Virus record (IMG/VR): IMGVR_UViG_3300031414_000008
Location: 118,633-182,632 of that record
Length of the DNA: 64,000 nt
Source: a virus
Direction: 5' to 3' (one strand)
Both the position numbers and the translations under genes were made by a program. This document shows positions 46,043 through 54,143 of the stretch, one piece after another; within the stretch, counting starts at the first letter, position 1, and every line of letters begins with the position of its first letter. Under the pieces are notes generated by a model. That model ran no database searches, was not told the DNA's origin, and saw only the letters and a list, made by a program, of their open reading frames with translations.

Positions 46043-47273
46043 TGGCATCCTGGACCTGGTTCCGTTCATGTCCGCCCTGCTTACTGAAGATGCCTTCTTC
46101 GCCGGTGGCGACGTGCTTCAGAACCCGGAAGTGTACGTGCTGGGTAATGATGGCGCCCTGTACCAGTTCCACCAGTTCTCCATGGGCCGTTCAGCGATGA
46201 CCAAGATCTCTGACACGCCTATCCGTACCAACGGCGGCAAGTCCCTGCTGAAGCCGTACATGAAGCCGCTGGTCGAAGACAAGAAGATTCCGCTGGAGAT
46301 GCTGAACGATATCGTTGAGTTCTTCCGCCAGGTCATGAAAATGACCACGTCTTCTGGTTTCGGCCACGGTGACTATGAAGCGATGGCTCACATCGTCTGG
46401 AACAAGACGAAGAAAGAGTACCGTGTAGCGATTCCTAAGCAGAAAGTGGCGAAAGCATCCGTTACCTATAACTGGGATCACGTGGCAGCGGACGAAGAGG
46501 TTATCCTCGACATCCACTCTCACAACTCCATGGACGCGTTCTTCTCCGGTACCGATGAGCGTGATGACGCGACCTACGTGGGTATCTCTGGCGTCGCCGG
46601 TAAGCTGAACACCGACAACCACAAACTGATCTGGCGCTTCAACGCGTACAAATCTAAAGTGGTCATGAAGCTGGAGGACATCTTCGATGCGCCGCCGGTA
46701 AAGGAGGAGAGCCCGGTGGTCAAGGCGTGGATGGAGAACGTCGAGGTTCTGACTTATCAGCGTCCGTCCTACCCGGGCTACAGCCCCGCCCTGGGCGGCA
46801 GCAAAGTATATGGCGGTGGGTCACGCTCCCTCGCTGGCTCCGACAAGTTTCTCGAGCGTGATGAACGCGACGACTCCTGGAACGGTCAGCGTACCCAACG
46901 GGAGAGCAACTGGAATGCCCGATTTCGCGGAGAGAACGAGGAAGGGGTCACGGCGAGTGCTCGGACCACGCGATCTCAAGCGTCGGTAGACATCCTGGGT
47001 GCAGATGAAGGCACCTACGGTATTGGCCTGATTCACGAACTGGCGGACGAACCCTTTCAGACCTGGGACGAAACCGCTGATGAACTCGTCGCTTCTGTCT
47101 ACAGTGAGAATGACGACGAGCTGAACGCTGCCGTGGGCAAACGCTTACTGGAATACGTTGCGGATCCGGAAATCCTCTTCCAAGAGGGTGTCTTCCTGGC
47201 CTCCTCCGCTCTGGAAGCCCGTAAAGTGGTTGCCCGTCTCAACAAAGATTTTGATCTCGATCGAGGTATTTAA
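46020..47273 (+). CDS. JAB/MPN+ metallo-isopeptidase (PRTRC protein A-like) with C-terminal extension
   Basis: YEAMAHIVW, LDIHSHNSMDAFFSGTDERDD (E...HSH...S..D JAMM motif). Confidence 0.9.
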   Translation: MKMTKKNNGILDLVPFMSALLTEDAFFAGGDVLQNPEVYVLGNDGALYQFHQFSMGRSAMTKISDTPIRTNGGKSLLKPYMKPLVEDKKIPLEMLNDIVEFFRQVMKMTTSSGFGHGDYEAMAHIVWNKTKKEYRVAIPKQKVAKASVTYNWDHVAADEEVILDIHSHNSMDAFFSGTDERDDATYVGISGVAGKLNTDNHKLIWRFNAYKSKVVMKLEDIFDAPPVKEESPVVKAWMENVEVLTYQRPSYPGYSPALGGSKVYGGGSRSLAGSDKFLERDERDDSWNGQRTQRESNWNARFRGENEEGVTASARTTRSQASVDILGADEGTYGIGLIHELADEPFQTWDETADELVASVYSENDDELNAAVGKRLLEYVADPEILFQEGVFLASSALEARKVVARLNKDFDLDRGI

Positions 47274-48313
47274 TGTTTACCTACACCAATCGCCAGATGG
47301 TTACTAACGCGGTGATTGTAGGTTGTGGCGGGACTGGTTCCCGCCTTCTGCCTATGCTCTCGCAGTTGATGTCCCGTGGTAAATGGAACGACATGGTCCC
47401 GACGATCACCCTGATCGATGGCGACGAAGTTGAAGTGAAGAACCTGGCCCGCCAGAACTTCATTAGCGACGATGTCAGTCGTAACAAAGCGGAGTGCTTG
47501 GCGGAACGCTACGGCGGTGCCTTCGAGATTCCAACAGTTGCGATTCCGCAGTTCTTCCCAACGAACGCCCAGTCGATGCAACGCTGGCTGCAGTCTAACG
47601 TGCCGGAATCTATGAAGCGCCTGGTGGCAGACCGTCCTGCGGTCTTCTTCCTGTGTGTGGATAACATGAAGGCCCGCTATGCCATCATCCAGTCGATCCT
47701 GTACGCGACCATCCAGACCGGGATCGAGCACTTCATCGTGGACGCCGGTAACGAGAACACCTTCGGTCAGGCCCGCATCTTCTCCTCTCGCATCGTTCCG
47801 GATCGTGAGTACGAGAACGTGGATCTGGAAGACATGGCTCGTCTGGTGCCGAAAGGCTCTGAAGGTATTCCGGTACCGTACCTGCCATGCCCGATTGGTC
47901 AGTATCTGCGTGCCTCTGGCTATCAGGGTAACCCGGATGCATCCTGTGCGGACCTCGAGCAGACGGCGGCAGTGAACGCGATCATGGCAATGTCCATGTT
48001 CTCAATCATGCAGAACATCTACATGGGTCTGCCGCTGAAGGTCGAGACGTGGTTCTACGATATCCATAACGGTAACGACCAGACGCGTCTGAACCAGAGC
48101 TGGATGCGTGAAATCATGACGGGTAATCAGTATCGCGTGCCGAAGGACGAGAAGACGGATGCGTATCCGGTTTCTATCCAGGGGCTGCGTACGGTACAGG
48201 GTATGCCAGGCGTAAGCTTCTGGCCGGAGATTCAGAAGTCGATTAAGAAGATGCTTAAAGAAGGGAAACTCGAACGAGTCTCCCCTGAGATGGCTGAGAT
48301 CTTAGGACTCTAA
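47273..48313 (+). CDS. ThiF/E1-like ubiquitin-activating enzyme (PRTRC ThiF-like)
   Basis: VIVGCGGTGS, IDGDEVE.KNL.RQNF, KAE.LA.RY, CVDN..AR, DAGNE..FGQ, SCAD. Confidence 0.93.
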   Translation: MFTYTNRQMVTNAVIVGCGGTGSRLLPMLSQLMSRGKWNDMVPTITLIDGDEVEVKNLARQNFISDDVSRNKAECLAERYGGAFEIPTVAIPQFFPTNAQSMQRWLQSNVPESMKRLVADRPAVFFLCVDNMKARYAIIQSILYATIQTGIEHFIVDAGNENTFGQARIFSSRIVPDREYENVDLEDMARLVPKGSEGIPVPYLPCPIGQYLRASGYQGNPDASCADLEQTAAVNAIMAMSMFSIMQNIYMGLPLKVETWFYDIHNGNDQTRLNQSWMREIMTGNQYRVPKDEKTDAYPVSIQGLRTVQGMPGVSFWPEIQKSIKKMLKEGKLERVSPEMAEILGL

Positions 48314-48535
48314 GTCTACGCGGCGTTCTCGTGTAGCTTTGTCGGGGGAGTCGGAAACGCTGAACACGGCGATTTCGCTTCCCTCGGCATTGTACATCTT
48401 GAGAATGCCAGACTTTTTATCCCATTGCCAAGAGCCTGTCGCGGCTGCTTGGAGTTCGGCCGTCACCTCGAGGCCTTTTTTTACATCGGTATGGATCAGC
48501 TCAAGCTTCGCCATAACGTCATCGATAGTTGCCAT
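48302..48535 (-). CDS. hypothetical virion protein
   Basis: 77 aa, aggag RBS, TAATG coupling. Confidence 0.7.
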   Translation of the reverse strand: MATIDDVMAKLELIHTDVKKGLEVTAELQAAATGSWQWDKKSGILKMYNAEGSEIAVFSVSDSPDKATRERRVDLES

Positions 48536-48789
48536 TACAGCTCCTCTTTCTCAAAGGCCTTAGCCAGACGCAAGTGGTACTCAGCCATCTTTTTAGCATG
48601 GGCTTTTCCCACGTAGGCCATGAGGCCCTTGGGATCGCCTTTGGTGTAGGCTTTCGCTTGGGACTCATGGTACTTACGGTCGTGATACTCGTTGGCTTCG
48701 TGGCCGTTAGCCTGGTTGATTCGAGCGATGTGCTTACGCTCTAGCCTTTCCATACGTTCTTTCTCAGCACGAATCCGACTTAGTTTCAC
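48535..48789 (-). CDS. basic His-rich helical small protein
   Basis: 84 aa. Confidence 0.65.
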   Translation of the reverse strand: MKLSRIRAEKERMERLERKHIARINQANGHEANEYHDRKYHESQAKAYTKGDPKGLMAYVGKAHAKKMAEYHLRLAKAFEKEEL

Positions 48790-49265
48790 AGTTCCTCCAT
48801 CGCCAGTGCGTAGAGGCGGATAGCTTTCGCTCGGGCTTCACGCTGTTCGACGCCTTCATCTGGGTTGTTCAGATCGGTGACGAATTCGAACGGCGGTGGC
48901 GCTGAACCGAAGCCCTCATCCCGCAGGATGTACGAGCAGATCGTCTTGATGGCATTCGAAAGCTCCGCACCCGGAAGGATACGTAGCAGTTCGACTAAGC
49001 CCCAAGAGAGCTCAAGGACGTTCGGCATGTAGACCGTGGATGGATCAACGGCATGAGCGTTCGCTGCTTCGACGAATCGTAGGAAGTACGAGGCGTCGTT
49101 CAGGAACTTCTCAGGGTGCTTACCCAGGGTACGCAGCACCATCAGCTGAGAGACCATCACTGGGGTCAAGGCGTGGCCCAGATCCAGTGAGATCGTCTCA
49201 ACGGAGAGTTCAGGCCAGTCAGGCCCGTAGCGTTTGTCCAGGGTAGCTTTCAGTTTGCTTAGCAT
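48786..49265 (-). CDS. hypothetical (putative head/structural) protein
   Basis: 159 aa in − strand operon. Confidence 0.7.
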   Translation of the reverse strand: MLSKLKATLDKRYGPDWPELSVETISLDLGHALTPVMVSQLMVLRTLGKHPEKFLNDASYFLRFVEAANAHAVDPSTVYMPNVLELSWGLVELLRILPGAELSNAIKTICSYILRDEGFGSAPPPFEFVTDLNNPDEGVEQREARAKAIRLYALAMEEL

Positions 49266-50128
49266 CGGCAGATTCTCGCGAGTAGTTGTTTTTCAGCAAT
49301 TGGCAACGCTTCAACACCGTGTTTCAGGGTCATCAGGTCGCCGGCTAACAGTTCCGCGATGTCATCCCCAACCATCTGCTGTACTTGAGCCTTCGGGATC
49401 GCCTGCAGCTTCACAGCCGGAACGCTCTTCCCACCCAGATTCACCGTGATAGAGCGATCGATCGCTTCCTTAGTGAACCAGAAGGACTCTTTGTAGATGT
49501 CGCCCAGGTAACCCGCTTGTTTCTCGAAGTGGATAACGGCGTTCGCTAACGCACGGTTCTCTTCGACAGTCAGGGCATCAGTGTTGGTGCCACGGAAGAC
49601 TTCCGCCAGCTTGGTGAATTCCTGACGACCGGTTACCTTGGCACGGTGCTCAACGGCCATGACCGCGGCTTCTTTGTTAAGGCGACCTGCCCCGGCGTAC
49701 AGACGGACGAGATCAGATTGGATGTCATCGGCATAGTTATCATACAGGGCAGCCGCTTGGCTCGCAACCTTCTCGATGTCCATTAAGCCGGAACACTTGG
49801 ATTCGATAATCGCTTCTGCCGTACGGAGTTCGTACTCGATACCACGAGCTTCTTCAGCACGCATCGATGCAGCTTTCTCGAGGTTTCCAGAGAGGCGGGC
49901 AACTTCATCGCCAACGCCATAGAGACGAACGGCTTTCGCCACGCGGGCCATGTCGTCGTAATCGACAGTCTGTCCAGCGACCTTAGTCAGGAAGGCAATT
50001 TCCAGAGCGGATGCGACAGTACTGTCCTTATCTTTGGTAGGAAAGTCCTCTTCTACATACGCCCGCTTGATGAAACCAGCTGCCTCAGGCACCAGTTCCA
50101 GTACGTTTTTGATAGCATGAAGTGACAT
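49259..50128 (-). CDS. putative head-associated protein with repeated K-x-A-(S/A/G) motifs
   Basis: TKVAG, EKAAS, EKVAS, NKEAA, EKQAG, TKEAI. Confidence 0.75.
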   Translation of the reverse strand: MSLHAIKNVLELVPEAAGFIKRAYVEEDFPTKDKDSTVASALEIAFLTKVAGQTVDYDDMARVAKAVRLYGVGDEVARLSGNLEKAASMRAEEARGIEYELRTAEAIIESKCSGLMDIEKVASQAAALYDNYADDIQSDLVRLYAGAGRLNKEAAVMAVEHRAKVTGRQEFTKLAEVFRGTNTDALTVEENRALANAVIHFEKQAGYLGDIYKESFWFTKEAIDRSITVNLGGKSVPAVKLQAIPKAQVQQMVGDDIAELLAGDLMTLKHGVEALPIAEKQLLARICRC

Positions 50129-51057
50129 TATTGAACTCCTCTTTTCATGTCTCTCACTTGACGGGCAAAGTGTTCAAGTGCGTTAGTGTGTTGGATGTTT
50201 GACTCGTTCTGAGTGTGAAGCTGATTGATCCCTTCCTGTACCTCAGCACTGGATTCTGGGGTCGAGTTCAGCTCTCGTTGTGAGTTTACAACAAGGTCCA
50301 TCAGAGAACCGTAGTGGCCGCGGGACTTCGCTAACTTCTTAGCCAGTTCGCTCAGGCCCTGAGGGTTCAGCGGGACACCTTGGGTAGCCAGACCTTCCGC
50401 ACGTTTCAGAGCGTTCTCATACGCACCGGTGTCGTTGGAATCTGCCAGAGAGGCATAGTGGCCGTAGCGTGCAGACGCCACAGCGAACGGCGTTGCCGTA
50501 TCGCGGAAAGTCTTGATGACCGGATCCACGTTGATGTGGCGAGCGTGGCCATGACCGCCGATGGCACCGAAGGAAGCAGCTGCCAGAGCTTCGCCGCCTT
50601 GAGACGCTTCTTCGAGGTCTTCCTGCATTTGGGCACGGTCCTTTTTAGCCTGGTACATACTGAGAGCCGTGTTGATCAGTCCGCCGACGGCGCCGACGGC
50701 CATACCGGTACCGACGAGCAGTTTGACGTTCTTGTTGGACGCTGCAGTCTTCAGAGCATCCAGGACGCTACGCTTGGTCGCACCGGACTCGGACATCTCC
50801 AGGGCCAGCGGGACGGCCATACCCAGCGGTACGCCGGCTGCGGCACCACCGACGGTGCCTTTCACTACGTTGGTCAGTGCATTGACGGTAGAGGACGACT
50901 CACCACCAATACGCTTACGAAAGCCTGCCAGGACTTGCTTCTTGTCCTCGAGTGACAGGTTTGCGAACTGGGGATTGGCCACGAGAGCAGCGAACGGCTG
51001 CCCTGCTTTGTGAGCTCGGTACATTCCCCCGATAATTTCTTCAGTTGTCAATGACAT
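50128..51057 (-). CDS. putative virion membrane-associated protein
   Basis: Gly/Ala-rich hydrophobic segments; gagga RBS. Confidence 0.7.
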   Translation of the reverse strand: MSLTTEEIIGGMYRAHKAGQPFAALVANPQFANLSLEDKKQVLAGFRKRIGGESSSTVNALTNVVKGTVGGAAAGVPLGMAVPLALEMSESGATKRSVLDALKTAASNKNVKLLVGTGMAVGAVGGLINTALSMYQAKKDRAQMQEDLEEASQGGEALAAASFGAIGGHGHARHINVDPVIKTFRDTATPFAVASARYGHYASLADSNDTGAYENALKRAEGLATQGVPLNPQGLSELAKKLAKSRGHYGSLMDLVVNSQRELNSTPESSAEVQEGINQLHTQNESNIQHTNALEHFARQVRDMKRGVQ

Positions 51058-51184
51058 TAAGACGTTCCTCGTGTTGGATTACTATTGATATTTTAGCTAG
51101 AACGCCCATTTGTAACCACTCAAACGTTCATTCGTACGTCAAGGTTACAAGAAAACCCAGTCGTGGTGCGGGTTTCAGAGGATT

Positions 51185-51340
51185 CAAACGTTGTAACCTT
51201 TCAAACGTCACCCTAAGACATCTATAGGTAGAGTCCTACTATATATATTACGAATGTCTTTTTTTAAAAAATAAATAATATATGGACCCTAAAGGGCTAT
51301 AGGCCTGTCTTGGGGTGGGTTTGTACGGTTACAACGTTTG
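51185..51340. repeat. 156-bp quasi-palindromic AT-cored element, copy 2 (candidate replication origin)
   Basis: direct repeat of 16979..17134; 14-bp terminal inverted repeats; lies between divergent transcription units. Confidence 0.9.
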
Positions 51341-51430
51341 GCCTAGCCGGATCACTTGCCGCTCTAAGCATATCACGCAAACGTCATTCAATAAAAGCCG
51401 TACGGCGGGTATAACTAATACGGACCCAGG

Positions 51431-51449
51431 AGTACTCACGGTGAGTACT
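51431..51449. promoter_or_regulatory. operator-like palindrome / leader hairpin
   Basis: agtactcac-g-gtgagtact just downstream of promoter motif at 51408. Confidence 0.55.
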
Positions 51450-51495
51450 ATTCTTTTCGGGTCCAGGTTGCGGGACCTAACCCGTTGGAGGCAAA

Positions 51496-51591
51496 ATGCT
51501 GTGTTCGATATCTCTGGTTCAATTTTTGACCTTCATTAAGTTCGTTGCGGGAATCATCGTCCGCGAGGGAATCAAACGCGGCTATCTGTAA
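51496..51591 (+). CDS. 31-aa cationic/hydrophobic micropeptide (not in ORF track)
   Basis: MLCSISLVQFLTFIKFVAGIIVREGIKRGYL; ggagg RBS; similar to 53552..53665. Confidence 0.65.
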   Translation: MLCSISLVQFLTFIKFVAGIIVREGIKRGYL

Positions 51592-51597
51592 GAGGGT

Positions 51598-52065
51598 GTG
51601 ATGGAAAAAGTAGCCAGTGTCTTTAACTACCTACTCATGGGGAATCTGCAGATCAACCCCGCCGGTGAAAAGCCCAGCTTTGTAAGCAGTACGCTGGAAA
51701 ACAAGGTGAACTACTTTGTTGTCCTCGACTACGAGCAAGGCGTACCAGGTTCAGCACCAGTGCCGAAGTTCTGCTACTACCCTGTGAAATTCGAAGTGAT
51801 CAGCAATCGTCTGTTCCTCCGTAAGTTCCCCGGCCTACTCGCCGACGGTATCTTGATGCTCGCCCGCAAGAAGGCGATCGAGATTTCCATCGATGAGTTG
51901 ACCCGTGGGCGTATTCTTTTAGGGGATCGTGTGATAGACTTCTCCGAGCTGGAAGAGCGTTACGCAGCGATCGTTGCAGACGCCCCAACGCTCGTGACCG
52001 AAGACCGTCTGTCGGAAGTCACACTGTTCGCATACACCGTTAACCCAATGGCCTATTGGCAATAA
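51598..52065 (+). CDS. hypothetical protein
   Basis: 155 aa, gagg RBS. Confidence 0.75.
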   Translation: MMEKVASVFNYLLMGNLQINPAGEKPSFVSSTLENKVNYFVVLDYEQGVPGSAPVPKFCYYPVKFEVISNRLFLRKFPGLLADGILMLARKKAIEISIDELTRGRILLGDRVIDFSELEERYAAIVADAPTLVTEDRLSEVTLFAYTVNPMAYWQ

Positions 52066-53057
52066 GGAACCTCATGAACCTATTTATCAACGAGAACTTC
52101 ATCGATACCGTTGGCACCAAGCCTAGCGTTATCCAACTGATCCGCCAGATCGCTGAAGATGACGAAATCATCCACGGTGAAGTCCTGGAAGCCCTGCGTG
52201 AAGTCCTGGACTACGACAGCATCGAGTCTCTGGAAGTTGACATCCGTGACGGCGACGTCGAGGAAGTGGCCCTTCTGGACGACGCACTGTACGTTGAAGG
52301 CCAGACCCTGGTCGATCTCTTCGAGAACCTGTACCCGGGCGACTACACTGCAGTGATCTCCGCTCTGGTGGCGTCTATCCAGAACTCTACCGGTCCTACC
52401 CTGCGTGTGGATCATAACGGTGTCGTGGCGGTTCCGCCGGAAGTGACCACTGACGCTAACACCCAGCTGAATGCGTTCGTTGAGCCGTGGCTATCGGAAG
52501 CTGCACCGAATCTGTCCGCTGCAGTGGCCGCTGACGTCCGTCTGGGCGGTGAACGCACCCAGAGCATCGCTGAGCCAGTTCCTGCAGATCACGTGATTAC
52601 AGCTATCGACAACCAGACTGTGACCGTACGCCCAGTTCAGGTGGCACCCTTTTCGCCGGCGGAAGAAGTACAACGCCCCGAAGTGGCTGTACTGAGCTCT
52701 CAGACTATCCTGGGCAAGCTGACCTTCAATAACACTCAGATCCGTACCGTGTTCCCGTCAGGTGTGAACGGCGTACTGTTCAACGTGGCTGACCTGTACA
52801 ATGCCATCTATGGCATGCATGCAGATCAGAACTACCTGCAGCAGCTGGTTCGCCAGAACGCAGGGGCACTGGACCGCGGTGACGTGCGTGTGATTGATGG
52901 TTACGTGATGCTGAGCCTTCCGGCTCTGGCGACTATTCACCCACACATCTCTCCGTGCGTTGAATGGTATCCGACCATCATGAAGGTCACCAACTTCTAC
53001 GCTAACGGCCCGCATAACGATGTGGAATACGACCTCCTGGGCAACCTGGTAGGTTAA
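52056..53057 (+). CDS. acidic protein with C-terminal Bro-N-like domain
   Basis: LTFNNTQIRTV......VLFNVADLYNAI resembles Bro-N; true start may be 52074. Confidence 0.6.
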   Translation: MAIRNLMNLFINENFIDTVGTKPSVIQLIRQIAEDDEIIHGEVLEALREVLDYDSIESLEVDIRDGDVEEVALLDDALYVEGQTLVDLFENLYPGDYTAVISALVASIQNSTGPTLRVDHNGVVAVPPEVTTDANTQLNAFVEPWLSEAAPNLSAAVAADVRLGGERTQSIAEPVPADHVITAIDNQTVTVRPVQVAPFSPAEEVQRPEVAVLSSQTILGKLTFNNTQIRTVFPSGVNGVLFNVADLYNAIYGMHADQNYLQQLVRQNAGALDRGDVRVIDGYVMLSLPALATIHPHISPCVEWYPTIMKVTNFYANGPHNDVEYDLLGNLVG

Positions 53058-53062
53058 CAACT

Positions 53063-53082
53063 AGGGGCTTCGGCCCCTTTTT
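53063..53082 (+). terminator. Rho-independent terminator
   Basis: aggggc-ttcg-gcccctttttt. Confidence 0.88.
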
Positions 53083-53091
53083 AGGATAACT

Positions 53092-53523
53092 ATGACTCCC
53101 AAGAATATTCGCCTGCACCGTATCTCTCTGCCAGAATTCGGATTGACCGAGCCTATGCTGTGCTCACTGACCCGGGAGGAGATGCTCAATCGGCTTCAAC
53201 AGCAGGACGATCTCGAGTGCTTTGCGACCTGTACGATCGTCTTTGATGAGAACCGTCGGCTAACGATCGACTGCCCGCAGACGCTCCGAGCTCCTTCACA
53301 AGACTTCGCGTTCCGCCTCATGGAGCAGGTCTTCAAGCATTTCTGTACCGGTACCTACTGGTTCTTCGGTGGCGTGTTAACCCTACTGGAACGCCGGGGA
53401 AACGGAGGGGATGAAGTGAAGTTGGATCACGAGAACTACATCCAGTTGCTGGCAGTTCTCGCGACACTGCACGACCCAGAGTCGAATCCTGTCGTCCTAT
53501 ATCCTCTTGCTTCACTGGTATAA
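53092..53523 (+). CDS. hypothetical protein
   Basis: 143 aa, agga RBS. Confidence 0.7.
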   Translation: MTPKNIRLHRISLPEFGLTEPMLCSLTREEMLNRLQQQDDLECFATCTIVFDENRRLTIDCPQTLRAPSQDFAFRLMEQVFKHFCTGTYWFFGGVLTLLERRGNGGDEVKLDHENYIQLLAVLATLHDPESNPVVLYPLASLV

Positions 53524-53551
53524 GTAAAGTACATAGAACAGGAGAATGATT

Positions 53552-53665
53552 ATGTTTGCGTTAGTCCCCCGAATGAATGTGATGACCTTACCGCGATACT
53601 TGGTGATCATCCGCCTTATCGCGTCACACGTGGTCCGCATTGGGATTCGCCTTAAGCTGATTTAA
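53552..53665 (+). CDS. 37-aa cationic amphipathic micropeptide (not in ORF track)
   Basis: MFALVPRMNVMTLPRYLVIIRLIASHVVRIGIRLKLI; promoter motif at 53517, aggag RBS. Confidence 0.65.
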   Translation: MFALVPRMNVMTLPRYLVIIRLIASHVVRIGIRLKLI

Positions 53666-53846
53666 AAAGGAAGTACCTATGAATAACTCCAACGCAGTAT
53701 CGAATTGTAATACAATGCCCTAACCACACTCAAAAATCTTGGGGGCTCTCGCCCCCTGTTTTAAGGCCTCTAGAACGCTCTGTAAGCGCTTCTGGAGTGA
53801 GCCGGTAGGTCAGCCCACTTTTAGCCAGAAAACGCCGGAGAGAGCC

Positions 53847-54143
53847 TCAGGCGAAGCGTACGAAAGTGGATGCACCGTCTGCCGAGAGCACGTCACCGTC
53901 AGAGACCGAATCAGTCACTCGGGCGACCGGGATCCCGCCGATCTTCACCTTCGATGAGCCCGAGAGAACGAAGCACGGTCGGGTCGTGTCGCCCTTACGG
54001 TGAGTTTCCCCACCGGAGCCGACGACGAGGACTCGCTTCCCTCCGATCTTCACCTTCGGGCTCGGGTTCTGAGCCAGTGCCACACGGGACCAGCCGCCTT
54101 GGCCTGCCGTGAGCGTACCCTCAACTGCCACTAACTCAGTCAA
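53847..54143 (-). CDS. PAAR-like spike tip protein
   Basis: 98 aa; V.IGG..V, H, SGSSKVKIGGIPVARVTD; follows spike gene. Confidence 0.88.
   Translation of the reverse strand: MTELVAVEGTLTAGQGGWSRVALAQNPSPKVKIGGKRVLVVGSGGETHRKGDTTRPCFVLSGSSKVKIGGIPVARVTDSVSDGDVLSADGASTFVRFA

Noticed and set aside
53679-53724. 14-aa ORF MNNSNAVSNCNTMP after aagga
   Set aside because: Too short and no supporting homology or coupling
53739-53957. + strand 72-aa ORF overlapping the PAAR gene
   Set aside because: No RBS; antisense overlap with a confident gene
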